The notes under the pieces: model-generated
What the model was told of the DNA's origin: nothing
Databases searched by the model: none
Seen by the model: only the letters and a program-made list of their open reading frames with translations
Position numbers and translations under genes: made by a program
Assembly (NCBI GenBank): GCA_937862735.1
Contig: CALMDH010000243.1
Coordinates: forward strand, 1,423 to 65,422
Length of the DNA stretch: 64,000 nucleotides
Origin: an uncultured Gammaproteobacteria bacterium
Lineage (GTDB): Bacteria; Pseudomonadota; Gammaproteobacteria; Chromatiales; Chromatiaceae
Reading direction: 5' to 3'
In this document: positions 35,267-44,699 of the stretch, one piece after another
How positions within the stretch are numbered: position 1 is the first letter of the stretch
How the letters are laid out: every line of letters starts with the position of its first letter

Positions 35267-36772
35267 TTAGACGCCCGCCTCCTCGGTAAACCAGTGTTCG
35301 CGGGCCTTCATGATGAGTTGGGCCGCCTTGTCGCCATCCAGTCCCGTGGCCTCCACCAGTTCATCCACGGACTGCTCCGCCAGATCGTCCAGGGTGCGGA
35401 TTCCCTTGCTGGCCAGGGAAAAGGCCAGGGCCTCGTCCATGCCCTCCAGGGCCAGCAGATCGGCCGCCGGTTCGCCATCGAGGGTCTCCTCGCTGGCGAT
35501 GGCCCGGGTCAGCAGGGCGTCCTTGGCCCGTTCGCGCAACTGGGTGACCACGTCCTCGTCGAACTCGGCGATGGCCAGCATCTCCGCCAGGGGCACGTAG
35601 GCCACCTCGTCGATGCTGGTGAAGCCCTCCTCCACCAGGACCGTCGCCACCTCCTCGTCGATGTCGAGCTGTTCCATGAAGGTCTCCAGGAGCTTGCGGG
35701 ACTCCTGCTCGCTCTTGGTGGCGGCCTCGGCCTCGTTCATGACGTTGAGATGCCAGCCGGTGAGCTGACTGGCCAAGCGGACGTTCTGCCCGCCGCGGCC
35801 GATGGCCTGGGAGAGGTTCTCCTCCTTGACCGCCACGTCCATGGAATTGGCGTCCTCGTCGATGACGATGGACACCACGTCAGCCGGGGACATGGCGTTG
35901 ATGACGTACTGGGCCGGGTTGTCGTTCCAGAGGATGATGTCGACCCGCTCGCCGTTGAGCTCGTTGGAGACCGCCTGGACCCGGGAGCCCCGCATACCCA
36001 CGCAGGCCCCGACCGGGTCGATGCGGGGATCACGGCTGCGCACGGCGATCTTGGCGCGGGAGCCCGGGTCCCGGGCGGCGCCCAGGATCTCGATGATGCC
36101 CTCCCCGACCTCCGGCACCTCCAGCTTGAAGAGCTCGATGAGCAGCTCAGGCCGGGTGCGGCTGACCAGCAACTGGGGGCCCCGGGGCTGGGCGCTGACC
36201 TCGTAGAGATAGCCGCGCAACCGGTCACCGGGGCGGACAGACTCCCGGGGGATGACCTGATCGCGGGGGATCAGGGCCTCGGCGTTGCCCCCCAGGTCGA
36301 GGATGATGGTGCCGCGCTCGGCCTTCTTGACCAGGCCGGTGACCAGTTCACCCTTACGGTCCTGGTAGGCCTCCACCACCTTGGCGCGCTCGGCGTCGCG
36401 GACCTTCTGGACGATGACCTGCTTGGCGGCCTGGGCGGCGATGCGGCCACCGAGTTCGATCTCGATGGCCTCCTCGACGTAGTCCCCGACCTGAAGCCCG
36501 GGGTCAAGCGCCTGGGCCGCGGACAAGACGAGCTGGCAATCAGGCAGCTCGACCTCCTCACCCTTATCGGGGTCCGCGACTACCTCCCAGCGCCGGAAGG
36601 CCTGGTAATTGCCGGTCGCGCGGTCGATCGCCACGCGGGCATCCGCCTCGCCACCCAGCTTCTTGCGGGTGGCCGTGGCCAGGGCGGCCTCCATGGCCTC
36701 GAAGATGACCTCCTTGGGGACATCCTTCTCGTTGGAGACGGCCTCGACCACTAACAGAATTTCTTTACTCAT
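35267..36772 (-). CDS. nusA: Transcription termination/antitermination factor NusA
   Basis: 501 aa: [28 protein letters not shown], then S1 and two KH domains ([17 protein letters not shown]) and C-terminal acidic repeats. Confidence 0.95.
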   Translation of the reverse strand: MSKEILLVVEAVSNEKDVPKEVIFEAMEAALATATRKKLGGEADARVAIDRATGNYQAFRRWEVVADPDKGEEVELPDCQLVLSAAQALDPGLQVGDYVEEAIEIELGGRIAAQAAKQVIVQKVRDAERAKVVEAYQDRKGELVTGLVKKAERGTIILDLGGNAEALIPRDQVIPRESVRPGDRLRGYLYEVSAQPRGPQLLVSRTRPELLIELFKLEVPEVGEGIIEILGAARDPGSRAKIAVRSRDPRIDPVGACVGMRGSRVQAVSNELNGERVDIILWNDNPAQYVINAMSPADVVSIVIDEDANSMDVAVKEENLSQAIGRGGQNVRLASQLTGWHLNVMNEAEAATKSEQESRKLLETFMEQLDIDEEVATVLVEEGFTSIDEVAYVPLAEMLAIAEFDEDVVTQLRERAKDALLTRAIASEETLDGEPAADLLALEGMDEALAFSLASKGIRTLDDLAEQSVDELVEATGLDGDKAAQLIMKAREHWFTEEAGV

Positions 36773-36854
36773 TCACCTATTCCCGAATCAACGTTCAGGC
36801 TCAGTCAGGGTGCGGTTCATCGCCAGGTCTGATGCCACGCCGGGTTCCGGCTGG

Positions 36855-37319
36855 CTAAAATTCCGGCACGAGCCGCGCGGACTCGATCATGGCCAGGGGC
36901 AGCTCGAACATCCTGCCCTCGCCCTCCAGGCGCAGGCAATCACCGACCACGCCGGCCAGCAGGCCCTCGAAATGGCGGCGGCCCTCCAGCTTGGCGCCCA
37001 GTCGCACCTTGGCGCGCCGACCGCGAAAGCGCTCGTAGTGCCCCACGCCGAAGAGGGGGCGGTCCAGCCCCGGAGAGGAGACCTCTAGATCGTAGTGGCC
37101 CGGAATGGGGTCCTCCACGTCCAGCACCCCGCTGAGTTGGTGACTGACGGCGGCGCAATCGTCCAGGTTGATGCCTTGTTCGGCGTCGATGTAGACGCGC
37201 AGCACGGCCCCCCCATGGCTACCGCCGCGCTGGGCCTGTTCCACGCCGACCAGTTCGTAGCCCATGGGTTCGACGACCGACCGGGCCAGTTCCGCCAATT
37301 TGTGTGCCGAATGCGTCAT
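36855..37319 (-). CDS. rimP: Ribosome maturation factor RimP
   Basis: 154 aa with LRVYID...INLDDCAAVSHQLSGVLDVEDPI...YDLEVSSPGLDRPL and the conserved position upstream of nusA. Confidence 0.9.
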   Translation of the reverse strand: MTHSAHKLAELARSVVEPMGYELVGVEQAQRGGSHGGAVLRVYIDAEQGINLDDCAAVSHQLSGVLDVEDPIPGHYDLEVSSPGLDRPLFGVGHYERFRGRRAKVRLGAKLEGRRHFEGLLAGVVGDCLRLEGEGRMFELPLAMIESARLVPEF

Positions 37320-37362
37320 CCGCCGCCGCTACGATCGCAATGAACGAAAAGGGGTCATAAAC

Positions 37363-37384
37363 AAAAAATGGGCCTTGAGGCCCA
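37363..37384 (-). terminator. Intrinsic terminator/attenuator T2 in the rimP-nusA-infB leader
   Basis: The minus strand reads TGGGCC-TCAA-GGCCCA-TTTTTT, about 45 nt upstream of the rimP start codon. Confidence 0.65.
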
Positions 37385-37443
37385 CTCGCTGCGTCAGGAC
37401 CCTGGCCACCCAAGGCGCCGGGGTCACGAAAAAACGAGAAACC

Positions 37444-37468
37444 AAAAAAAACCCCGGTTCCGGGGTCC
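37444..37468 (-). terminator. Intrinsic terminator/attenuator T1 in the rimP-nusA-infB leader
   Basis: The minus strand reads GACCCCGG-AA-CCGGGG-TTTTTTTT, a perfect GC stem plus eight T, about 45-70 nt downstream of the predicted promoter. Confidence 0.7.
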
Positions 37469-37512
37469 TGGTCGGTCAGAGCTCCCTCAGGAACCCCGTT
37501 CCAATCGCTGGC

Positions 37513-37541
37513 ATAATACGTCCCTTTCCGCCCCTGGGCAA
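37513..37541 (-). promoter_or_regulatory. Sigma70-type promoter candidate for the rimP-nusA-infB operon
   Basis: The minus strand reads TTGCCC-(17 nt)-TATTAT. The -35 is the complement of 37536-37541 and the -10 is the complement of 37513-37518. Confidence 0.5.
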
Positions 37542-37634
37542 GACGGCGCCGGAATATATGTCAGCATTCATCCTTTAGCCATTGGCCTTCAGCCGTTACT
37601 TTCCCAGCCATTGCCCCGCCCCGCGAAAGAGTCC

Positions 37635-38231
37635 ATGCCCCCTGCCCTTAACCCTTCATCCCCGCCCCACGCGCAGAACCTGGACGGGGCACATTCCCCC
37701 AGCCCGCGTCAGCCCCTGGAGCCGCTCATCCTCCTGGCGGGAACCCGCACCCGGACCCTGCTGGAGCGTGCCGCCCGACACTATGGTCTGTCGACGCCGC
37801 GGGTGGATATCCGCTGCGACCTGCGGGGCCGCGGGGCCGGCCAGGTCCGGCGCCAGACGGGGCAGATCTGGACGGTGCGTTACAACCCCGCCCTGCTGGC
37901 GCGCCATGGCGAGGACTTTCTGGCCCGCACCGTCCCCCATGAGGTCGCCCACGTCATCGCCTTTCACCGCCACGGCCCCCGCATTCACCCCCACGGGGCC
38001 GAGTGGCGGGCCATCATGCGCCTTTTCGGCGTCCCGCCGACGCGCTGTCACGATTACGATGTCAGCGACCTGCAAACCCGAACCCTGGACCGCTTCCCCT
38101 ACCGCTGCGGCTGCCGCTCCCACCTCCTGACCAGCATCCGCCACCACCGCATCCAGCGTGGCCAACGCTATCTCTGCCGCGCCTGCGGCCAGGCCCTGGT
38201 GCCGGCCTTGACGGCGGGAGACGGCGACTAA
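37635..38231 (+). CDS. sprT: SprT-family zinc metalloprotease-like protein
   Basis: Start moved to the ATG at 37635. It has HEVAHVIAF (HExxH) and a C-terminal Cys-rich zinc ribbon (YRCGC...YLCRACG). Its stop overlaps the convergent metA stop by 3 nt. Confidence 0.65.
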   Translation: MPPALNPSSPPHAQNLDGAHSPSPRQPLEPLILLAGTRTRTLLERAARHYGLSTPRVDIRCDLRGRGAGQVRRQTGQIWTVRYNPALLARHGEDFLARTVPHEVAHVIAFHRHGPRIHPHGAEWRAIMRLFGVPPTRCHDYDVSDLQTRTLDRFPYRCGCRSHLLTSIRHHRIQRGQRYLCRACGQALVPALTAGDGD

Positions 38232-39343
38232 AGACTTTCCCGTACGGGTTTCCCGAGGACGGATGCCTGCTCAGAACGGCCCAGACCCAGGGGATCCGCG
38301 GGGTCGACCCCGGGCATGAACGGCAGGCGGCGGTCGCTGTTGGTGACCTGATAGATGACCCCCATCCAGTTGCCGACCACCCCCTCCGCGGTGTCATGCC
38401 AGGTGTTGTCCAGGGAAGCGGCGACGCGGGCCTCCGGCACCTCGGGCGGTGTCTGGCCGCGGTCGAGGGCGGTGAGAATGCGCTGACGATGCTCCTCGAG
38501 GATGGCGCGGTCCCGCAGCCGGATATAGTGCTCGGGAAAGGGGGGGTAATCCGCGCGCTGACCCTTGATGAAGCGGCCGACCTCCCGCTTGTATTCCTTG
38601 AGTAGGGAGACGGTGTCGTATTCCGGGTGGCCCTGGAAAAAAACCAGGCGAAAGCCGTCCTCGCTCACCGCCAGGTGGACCCCCGCTTGGTCGCTTTCCG
38701 CGAGGACCCGTAGCCCGGCGGCGTCGAACTGCTGGCGGCCGATCTCGTTGAAGCGGGAATGGGGCACATCGAAGAGGGTATTGACGTTCTCCACCAGCGG
38801 ATGGCGACGGTCCACCACCCGGTGGGGGTAGACCCCCCACTTCTTGGCCGGCAGTCCGTAGCGGTGCTGCCCGTAGCGGAACTGTAGGACCGCATGGGTG
38901 GCAAGACAGGAGCAGAGGGTGGAGGTGACGTTCTCCAGCGCCCAATCGACCACCGCCCGCAGGGGTTCCCAGAAGGCTTCGTTGGAGAGGTCGGGATGGG
39001 TCACGTTGGCGCCGGTGATGATCAGGGCATCCAGACCCTCGTCCCGGATCCGGTCGAAGGACTCGTAGTAGCGCTCGATATGCGCCCGCGCCTCGGGGCC
39101 CCGCGGCAGGGTATCCAGGCTGAAGGGATGGACGTAGAACTGGGCGATCTGGTTGCTCTGGCCGACCAGGCGAAAGAACTGGCGTTCGGTGGCGGCCAGG
39201 GCCGTGTCCGGCATCATGTTGAGCAGGCCGATATGTAGCTCGCGGATGTCCTGATGCAGGGCCCGGCGGGGGTCGAGGATGTTCTGCCCCTCGGCACGCA
39301 GGCGGGCGAAGGTGGGGAGGTCGTTATGGGCGACGATGGGCAT
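38228..39343 (-). CDS. metA: Homoserine O-acyltransferase, MetA family
   Basis: 371 aa: MPIVAHNDLPTFARLRAEGQ..., IGLLNMMP, ALIITGANV, the CSCLATHAVL catalytic Cys region and FQGHPEYD. Confidence 0.85.
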   Translation of the reverse strand: MPIVAHNDLPTFARLRAEGQNILDPRRALHQDIRELHIGLLNMMPDTALAATERQFFRLVGQSNQIAQFYVHPFSLDTLPRGPEARAHIERYYESFDRIRDEGLDALIITGANVTHPDLSNEAFWEPLRAVVDWALENVTSTLCSCLATHAVLQFRYGQHRYGLPAKKWGVYPHRVVDRRHPLVENVNTLFDVPHSRFNEIGRQQFDAAGLRVLAESDQAGVHLAVSEDGFRLVFFQGHPEYDTVSLLKEYKREVGRFIKGQRADYPPFPEHYIRLRDRAILEEHRQRILTALDRGQTPPEVPEARVAASLDNTWHDTAEGVVGNWMGVIYQVTNSDRRLPFMPGVDPADPLGLGRSEQASVLGKPVRESL

Positions 39344-39515
39344 GGGTGAATCCGGAACGGGTTGGTGATGGGGCCCGCGGGGCCGGTGTCAGGGGGCCTA
39401 GATCTTGTATCGGGCGGGAATCGCGGTGGTCAGGAGGCGAATGCCGGCGGTCGGTGGCGGGTCAGGGGTAAGCCGTTGAACCTGTCCCGTTCCGACTGGC
39501 CCGGGCGAGGATTGG

Positions 39516-40370
39516 CTATCCGGCTCCGCCCTTGCGAGCGATGGCCTGTTCGACCAGGTCAAGAAAGTCCCGCTCGTCCCGCACCCGGGCCACTTCGGTG
39601 GACGAGAGGGTGTAGCCGTGGGGGCCGGCGATAGCCTCGTACCGGGGCACCCGGGAATGGAAGAGGCGCGGGAAAACCCAGCGGGTGAAATCATCGGGAT
39701 CGATCTCAGCCACGTACTCGAGCCGACGTTCGGCGAGGAAGTCCTTCACCGCCGCCGCCAGAAAGGCCGGGCGGTAATAGAGGGGCTTGGGATCGGCCTG
39801 GGCGCGCTGGATGAGCTTGATCTCATCCTCCGGCGGGACCTGGATGTAGAGAATCAGGCTCTCCCGGGCCAGGAGGTCGATGACCGCCGGCTCCTCCAGT
39901 TCACACAGGGAACCGCCGACGTCATTGACCAGGTGGCGGTAGCCATAGATCTCCCGCGCCTTGCACTTGAAGGCCGGCACATCGTGCATGGCGGCGATCT
40001 CCGCCTGCCGGTAGAGAGCCTGGCGCCGGTTGAACTCCTCCAGACCCAGCCCCCCCAGCTCCGGATTACCCAGCTTGCCGACAAAGCTCAGAACCGGCCC
40101 CAGGTCGTCGACCTTGATGTTATTGCGGATGAAGATCCAGTCCTGGCGCAACAGGTCGCGCAGGAAGGGGACCTGCATGGCCTGGCCCTTGATGAGGTCG
40201 AGGATGTGCTCATCCAGGTAGCGGGTCCCAATGCGGTAGTCCCCGGAATAATGGAACCAGTCATGCCGGCGCAGCAGGCCGGAGAGATAGGTCTTACCTA
40301 CCCCGGACATGCCGAGCAGGGTGATGCACTTGTTGTCCCAGGCGCGAAAGGCTTCGACGGTCAACTTCAC
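39516..40370 (-). CDS. P-loop ATPase of unknown function (start uncertain)
   Basis: Walker A is LLGMSGVGKTYL. The track ORF (to 40691) overlaps the upstream mtnP gene heavily in an Arg/Gly-rich stretch. A GTG at 40370 (VKLTVEAF...) is a more plausible start. No further motif recognised. Confidence 0.5.
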   Translation of the reverse strand: MKLTVEAFRAWDNKCITLLGMSGVGKTYLSGLLRRHDWFHYSGDYRIGTRYLDEHILDLIKGQAMQVPFLRDLLRQDWIFIRNNIKVDDLGPVLSFVGKLGNPELGGLGLEEFNRRQALYRQAEIAAMHDVPAFKCKAREIYGYRHLVNDVGGSLCELEEPAVIDLLARESLILYIQVPPEDEIKLIQRAQADPKPLYYRPAFLAAAVKDFLAERRLEYVAEIDPDDFTRWVFPRLFHSRVPRYEAIAGPHGYTLSSTEVARVRDERDFLDLVEQAIARKGGAG

Positions 40371-40453
40371 GGCGGCGGCCCCCGGGCCGAGGAGAGGGGT
40401 GAGAAAGGGGGTGGATGGCGGGCGGGATTTTACGCCATGCCCGCCATAACGGG

Positions 40454-41227
40454 CTACGGCGCCGGTGACGCTGCTGGCGCCACAGGGGTAACCTGGACCA
40501 CCAGGGCGGTCAGGAGGCGCTGAATCGGCGCGACGCAGGCCGCCATGTTGGCCTCGAGCTCCGCGAACAGGATCTCCTGATCGGTCTTGCCCGCCGCCCA
40601 GTTGACGACGAAGGCCAGGCTGGCATAGCAAAGCCCCAGCTCCCGGGCGAGGGCGGCTTCGGGCATCCCCGTCATGCCGACCAGGTCGCAACCGTCCCGC
40701 TCCAGACGGCGGATCTCGGCGGCGGTCTCCAGGCGCGGGCCCTGGGTCACGCCCAGGGTACCGCCGTCCACCAGATCGATCCCCGATACCCGGCCCAGCC
40801 GCAACAACTCGGCGCGCAGGGGTTCGCAGTAAGGCCAGGTGAAGTCGATATGGACGACACCGGAATCCCCTCCCTCGTGGAAGGTCTGTTCCCGGCCGTG
40901 GGTGTAATCGACCAGGTGGACCGGAACCGCCAGGACCCGGGGGGCATAGGGGGCCTGGATGCCCCCCACGGCGGCTAGCCCCACCACCCGCTCCGCGCCC
41001 AACTGCTTGAGCGCCCAGAGGTTGGCGCGATAATTGACTAGATGGGGGGGGATACGATGACCCAGCCCATGGCGGGACAGGAAGAGCAGTTCCGCGTCGC
41101 CCAGGCGGCCACGCTGGATGGGGGCCGAGGGCTGGCCGAAAGGGGTGACCGGGTTTTCCTCCCCCAGGGCCACCAGGCCCGGCAACTGGTTGAAACCCGA
41201 GCCCCCGATAACCGCGATACGATTCAT
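40454..41227 (-). CDS. mtnP: S-methyl-5'-thioadenosine/thioinosine phosphorylase (PNP/MTAP family)
   Basis: 257 aa: MNRIAVIGGSGF..., FLSRHG.GHRIPPHLVNYRANLWALK and GMTGMPEAALAREL, typical of MTAP-type phosphorylases. Confidence 0.75.
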   Translation of the reverse strand: MNRIAVIGGSGFNQLPGLVALGEENPVTPFGQPSAPIQRGRLGDAELLFLSRHGLGHRIPPHLVNYRANLWALKQLGAERVVGLAAVGGIQAPYAPRVLAVPVHLVDYTHGREQTFHEGGDSGVVHIDFTWPYCEPLRAELLRLGRVSGIDLVDGGTLGVTQGPRLETAAEIRRLERDGCDLVGMTGMPEAALARELGLCYASLAFVVNWAAGKTDQEILFAELEANMAACVAPIQRLLTALVVQVTPVAPAASPAP

Positions 41228-41288
41228 GACGTACTCCCCGGCGATGATGAGCCGGGAAGTTTACCGGGAAACCAGGCTGGGGCCGAAT

Positions 41289-41732
41289 TCAGGCCCTGGC
41301 CTCCTGAAGGAGCCCGATCTCCACCAGTTTGGGAAAGAGGACCTGATTCTCACGGTCGATGCGCTCGGCGACCATCTGGAAGATGCCGCGGCTCTCGTCG
41401 ATGAACTCCTGGGTGAAGTTGAAATCGCAATTCTTCAGCCAGCGGCGGTGATACTCGTCGAAGGCGCGGCGCAGGGGCTTTTCGCCATTGATGAACCCCC
41501 AGGCCAGGGACTTGACCCGCGGGTCCTCGTGGATGAGCAGGCTGGGATAGACCCCACGGTCCTCCTCGCCGAGGTGGGCCTTGACCTTCGCCCCCAGCTC
41601 ACACAGGAGCTGGTAGGCCGTCTTGGCGTTGGGGCGGATTTTGAGCATGTCAGGGGTCAGGAGCGACTGCAGATCGGCGATCATCTGCCGTAGCTCGCCA
41701 TGGCTGTCGTGATAGTGGGCCAGGTCGTGCAT
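41289..41732 (-). CDS. Hemerythrin-like (HHE cation-binding) domain protein
   Basis: His-rich helical motifs (HDLAHYHDSHGEL..., KAHLGEEDRGVYP). I prefer the second ATG (41732) because AGGAGG lies 8 nt upstream of it. The track start is 41762. Confidence 0.55.
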   Translation of the reverse strand: MHDLAHYHDSHGELRQMIADLQSLLTPDMLKIRPNAKTAYQLLCELGAKVKAHLGEEDRGVYPSLLIHEDPRVKSLAWGFINGEKPLRRAFDEYHRRWLKNCDFNFTQEFIDESRGIFQMVAERIDRENQVLFPKLVEIGLLQEARA

Positions 41733-41982
41733 GGGACCATCCTCCTCTCGTCTTCTAGTCATTATGCGGACGGTAACGGTGGCGGAGACTCCCCGTGTCC
41801 CCGCACGGGAGGTTTAGGGCGACGGGGCCCCCGCTTGCCCCTTTTCGTACGCCAAAAACCCCACGATGTCAACAGGTATATAATTTAATTAGCTTTTTAT
41901 TAAATGCCCTACGGCCCGGGGTCCGGGCCGGGCGGCAACACGCGGGGCCGGGGGTGGGCATCGCGCTGGCCCACCACCCGCC

Positions 41983-42543
41983 CTAGCCGGCATCCTCCTC
42001 CGCCACCGCGTAGATCCCCGCCGCGTTGCGGAAATAATTCCGGTAGTCCAGGCCGTAACCGAAGAGGTAACGATCAGGGGTGCGGATGCCGACGTAATCG
42101 GGACGCAGGGTGGAGTTTCGCGCCCGGTCCTTTTCCACCAGCACGGCGCAGCGGACGCTGGCCGCGCCGTCGTCCCGACAGGCCTGGACGGCCGCCTCCA
42201 GGGTCAGCCCCTCATCGAGGATGTCATCCACCAGCAGGATGTGACGGTCGTGGATATCGGCACTGGGCCGATGGACCCAGGCGAGATCACCCCCTCGGGT
42301 CGCGCCCTGGTAGCGGGTGGCATGGAGGTAGCCCAGGCGGAGTTGGAAATCCAGCCGCGGCAGCAACCGCCCGGCGACGATCACGGCCCCGGTCATCAGG
42401 CACAGGACCAGGGGATCGCTGGCCTCCAGGTCACGGCTGATCTCCCGGGCCATGCGGTCCAGGGCCCGCTCCACCTCTTCACCGCTAATCAGCAACTCGG
42501 CCCGGGCCGCGACGGCGGCATAGGCTTCAGGGGTCAGGGACAT
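41983..42543 (-). CDS. hpt: Hypoxanthine-guanine phosphoribosyltransferase
   Basis: 186 aa. The PRPP-binding motif HILLVDDILDEGLTL is in the right position for type I PRTases of the Hpt family. Confidence 0.75.
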   Translation of the reverse strand: MSLTPEAYAAVAARAELLISGEEVERALDRMAREISRDLEASDPLVLCLMTGAVIVAGRLLPRLDFQLRLGYLHATRYQGATRGGDLAWVHRPSADIHDRHILLVDDILDEGLTLEAAVQACRDDGAASVRCAVLVEKDRARNSTLRPDYVGIRTPDRYLFGYGLDYRNYFRNAAGIYAVAEEDAG

Positions 42544-42566
42544 GGGGCATCTCCAGGGGTAATGAG

Positions 42567-43613
42567 TCAGAGCGCCAGGTCAAGGGAATGAGTCTCCAAC
42601 AGTGCGCCCGCCGCCCTCACCCCCCGCTGCCAGCGGGGGTCCAGATGCAGATGGGCACGATCCACCTGGCCACGGCCATGCATGCGCAGACACCGCAGGT
42701 GGCTGGTGGGATCATCGTGATGACGTAGCGTCTCGACGATCTCCAGGGCCGCCGGCCGGTTCTGGCAGATCAGTAGCACATCGCAGCCGGCGGCCAGGGC
42801 GGCCCGGGCCCGGTCGGCATAGCCCCCACCCGCCGCGGCGGCCCCCATGTTGAGGTCGTCACTGAAGATGACCCCCTGAAAACCCAGCCGGTGACGCAGC
42901 ACCTCCTTGAGCCAGAAGGGTGAGAAGCCCGCCGGCCGGGGATCGACCCGTGGATAGAGGACATGGGCGGGCATGACCGCCTCCAGGCCATGGTGGATCA
43001 GGCGCTGGAAGGGCACCAGATCGTCACTGGCGATGGCCTCGTAGTGGCGCTCGTCGACCGGCAGTTCGGCATGGGAATCCGCGGCCACCCCCCCATGCCC
43101 GGGAAAGTGCTTGCCCACCGCCGCCATGCCCGCAGCCCGCGCCCCGTCACACCAGGCGGCGGTCAGATCGGCGACGGCATTCACGCCAGCGGCGAAGGCG
43201 CGGTCACCAATGACGGTGTTGAGGCCGCGGTCCAGATCCAGCACCGGGGCGAAGCTGAAATCCACCCCCACCGCGCGTAACTCGGCGGCCATGAGCCAGC
43301 CCACCGCCTCCGCCGCCTGCCGGGCCTGATGGGGGTGATGCTGGGCCAGGGCCCCGAAGCGGGCCGCCGGCGGCAGGGGGGTGAAGCCCGAGCGGAAGCG
43401 CTGCACCCGCCCCCCTTCCTGATCGACGGCGATCAATAAATGGGGGTCCCGCAGGGCATGAATCTCCGCCGTCAAGGCCGCCACCTGTTCGGGGTCCTGA
43501 AAGTTGCGGCTGAAGAGAATGACCCCACCCACCGCGGGTTGGCGCAGCAGGTCAAGCTCCTCCGCGCTGAGTACAGGCCCCTCGAGATCGAGGATGACGG
43601 GACCGAGGGACAT
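42567..43613 (-). CDS. nagZ: Beta-N-acetylhexosaminidase NagZ (GH3)
   Basis: Start moved to the ATG at 43613 (MSLGPVILDLEG). Motifs: GGVILFSRNF, IAVDQEGGRVQRF, KHFPGHG and VIFSDDLNM. Confidence 0.85.
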   Translation of the reverse strand: MSLGPVILDLEGPVLSAEELDLLRQPAVGGVILFSRNFQDPEQVAALTAEIHALRDPHLLIAVDQEGGRVQRFRSGFTPLPPAARFGALAQHHPHQARQAAEAVGWLMAAELRAVGVDFSFAPVLDLDRGLNTVIGDRAFAAGVNAVADLTAAWCDGARAAGMAAVGKHFPGHGGVAADSHAELPVDERHYEAIASDDLVPFQRLIHHGLEAVMPAHVLYPRVDPRPAGFSPFWLKEVLRHRLGFQGVIFSDDLNMGAAAAGGGYADRARAALAAGCDVLLICQNRPAALEIVETLRHHDDPTSHLRCLRMHGRGQVDRAHLHLDPRWQRGVRAAGALLETHSLDLAL

Positions 43614-43775
43614 GATGCCAAGACCTCCAGGGGTGAGCGCTAACGACCAGGCCGCCAGCATAACGACCCGGAAACACGGGGGCCAGCGCCAAGGCCCTCA
43701 AAGCCAAGGCACTCAGGTAAATCATGAGGGGTTCAGGGCGGCGGGGCCGACGCCCGCTCCCGCCCCCTTCGCACC

Positions 43776-44699
43776 CTATTCCGCCTGGCGCACGTCCAGC
43801 CAGTCCCGCAGACGGTCCCCGAGAAGATTGATCGCGAACACCACCGCGGCAATGGCGATACCGGGGGCCAGCACCAGATGGGGTGCCACCAGCATGTAGC
43901 CGACCCCCTCGCGGATCATGCTGCCCCAGGAGGCCTGGGGGGGCTGCACCCCCAAGCCGAGAAAGGATAGCCCGGCCTCCGCGACCACCACCCCGGCGAC
44001 GCCGAAGGTCGCCTCGACGATGAGCGGCGCCAGGGCCAGGGGGAGCAGGTGACGCACCAGGATACGCCCCGGGCCGACCCCCAGGGCCCGGGCCGCCAGG
44101 ACATGATCCCGCTCCTTGAGGGTCAGGATCTGGGCGCGGGTCAGGCGGGCGTAGCCCACCCAGCCGGTGGCGGACAGGGCCAGGATGAGGTTGTCGATGC
44201 CAGGCCCGAGGATCCCCGCCAGGGCGATGGCCAGCAGGATCCCGGGGAAGGCGAGAAAGACGTCGATCAGGCGCACGAGAAACAGATCGACCCAGCCGCC
44301 GGCGAAGGCCCCCACCCCGCCGATCAGCACCCCGATGACGGTGGAGAGGGCGACGACGCCGAAACTCACCACAAAGGCGATCCGCGCCCCCACCAGCAGC
44401 CGGTCGAGGATGGGGCGGCCCAGATCGTCGTTCCCCAGCGGCGACCCGGGGCCGGGACCCGCCAGGATCCCCGGCAGATCGACCGCGTCCGGCGTCAGGG
44501 GCAGCCAGGGCGCGGCCAGGGCGAGTAGGGCCCAGCCGAGCAGGAAGGCCGCCGGCAAACCCCAGGCCCGCCCCCCGGTCTTGGCCCCGGTCTTGGCCCC
44601 GGTCTCGGCCCCAGCCTTGGCCCTGGCACCAGAATCGGCACCGGACCCAGCACCGGCCCCAGTATCGGCCCCAGCGCGGTGGTCACTCATGAGCGCCAA
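43776..44699 (-). CDS. ABC transporter permease (DppC/OppC-like) with a repeat-encoded N-terminal extension
   Basis: The C-terminal 260 aa are typical binding-protein-dependent permease. They include the EAA-loop region ALGVGPGRILVRHLLP. The N-terminal GADTGAGAGSGADSGARAKAGAETGAKTGAKTGG is encoded by the 12-nt repeat array. Confidence 0.8.
   Translation of the reverse strand: MALMSDHRAGADTGAGAGSGADSGARAKAGAETGAKTGAKTGGRAWGLPAAFLLGWALLALAAPWLPLTPDAVDLPGILAGPGPGSPLGNDDLGRPILDRLLVGARIAFVVSFGVVALSTVIGVLIGGVGAFAGGWVDLFLVRLIDVFLAFPGILLAIALAGILGPGIDNLILALSATGWVGYARLTRAQILTLKERDHVLAARALGVGPGRILVRHLLPLALAPLIVEATFGVAGVVVAEAGLSFLGLGVQPPQASWGSMIREGVGYMLVAPHLVLAPGIAIAAVVFAINLLGDRLRDWLDVRQAE
44573..44675. 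repeat. 12-nt tandem repeat array (about 8.5 units; the first two are identical, CCCCGGTCTTGG)
   Basis: ccccggtcttgg / ccccggtcttgg / ccccggtctcgg / ccccagccttgg / ccctggcaccag / aatcggcaccgg / acccagcaccgg / ccccagtatcgg / ccccagc. It lies in-frame inside the 5' end of the permease gene on the minus strand. Confidence 0.8.

Noticed and set aside
37320-37634. Expected tRNA-fMet (metY) upstream of rimP, as in E. coli
   Set aside because: I looked for acceptor/T-arm (GGTTCGAATCC-like) features on both strands and found none. The interval is occupied by a promoter-like element and two terminator hairpins.
38228-38231. Convergent sprT and metA stop codons overlap with no terminator between them
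   Set aside because: A compact convergent arrangement is common in GC-rich genomes and is not informative by itself.
41870-41910. A/T-rich patch GTATATAATTTAATTAGCTTTTTATTAAATG between hpt and the hemerythrin-like gene
   Set aside because: It is probably just the promoter/UP-element region of the hemerythrin-like gene. No specific binding-site consensus can be asserted from the sequence alone.
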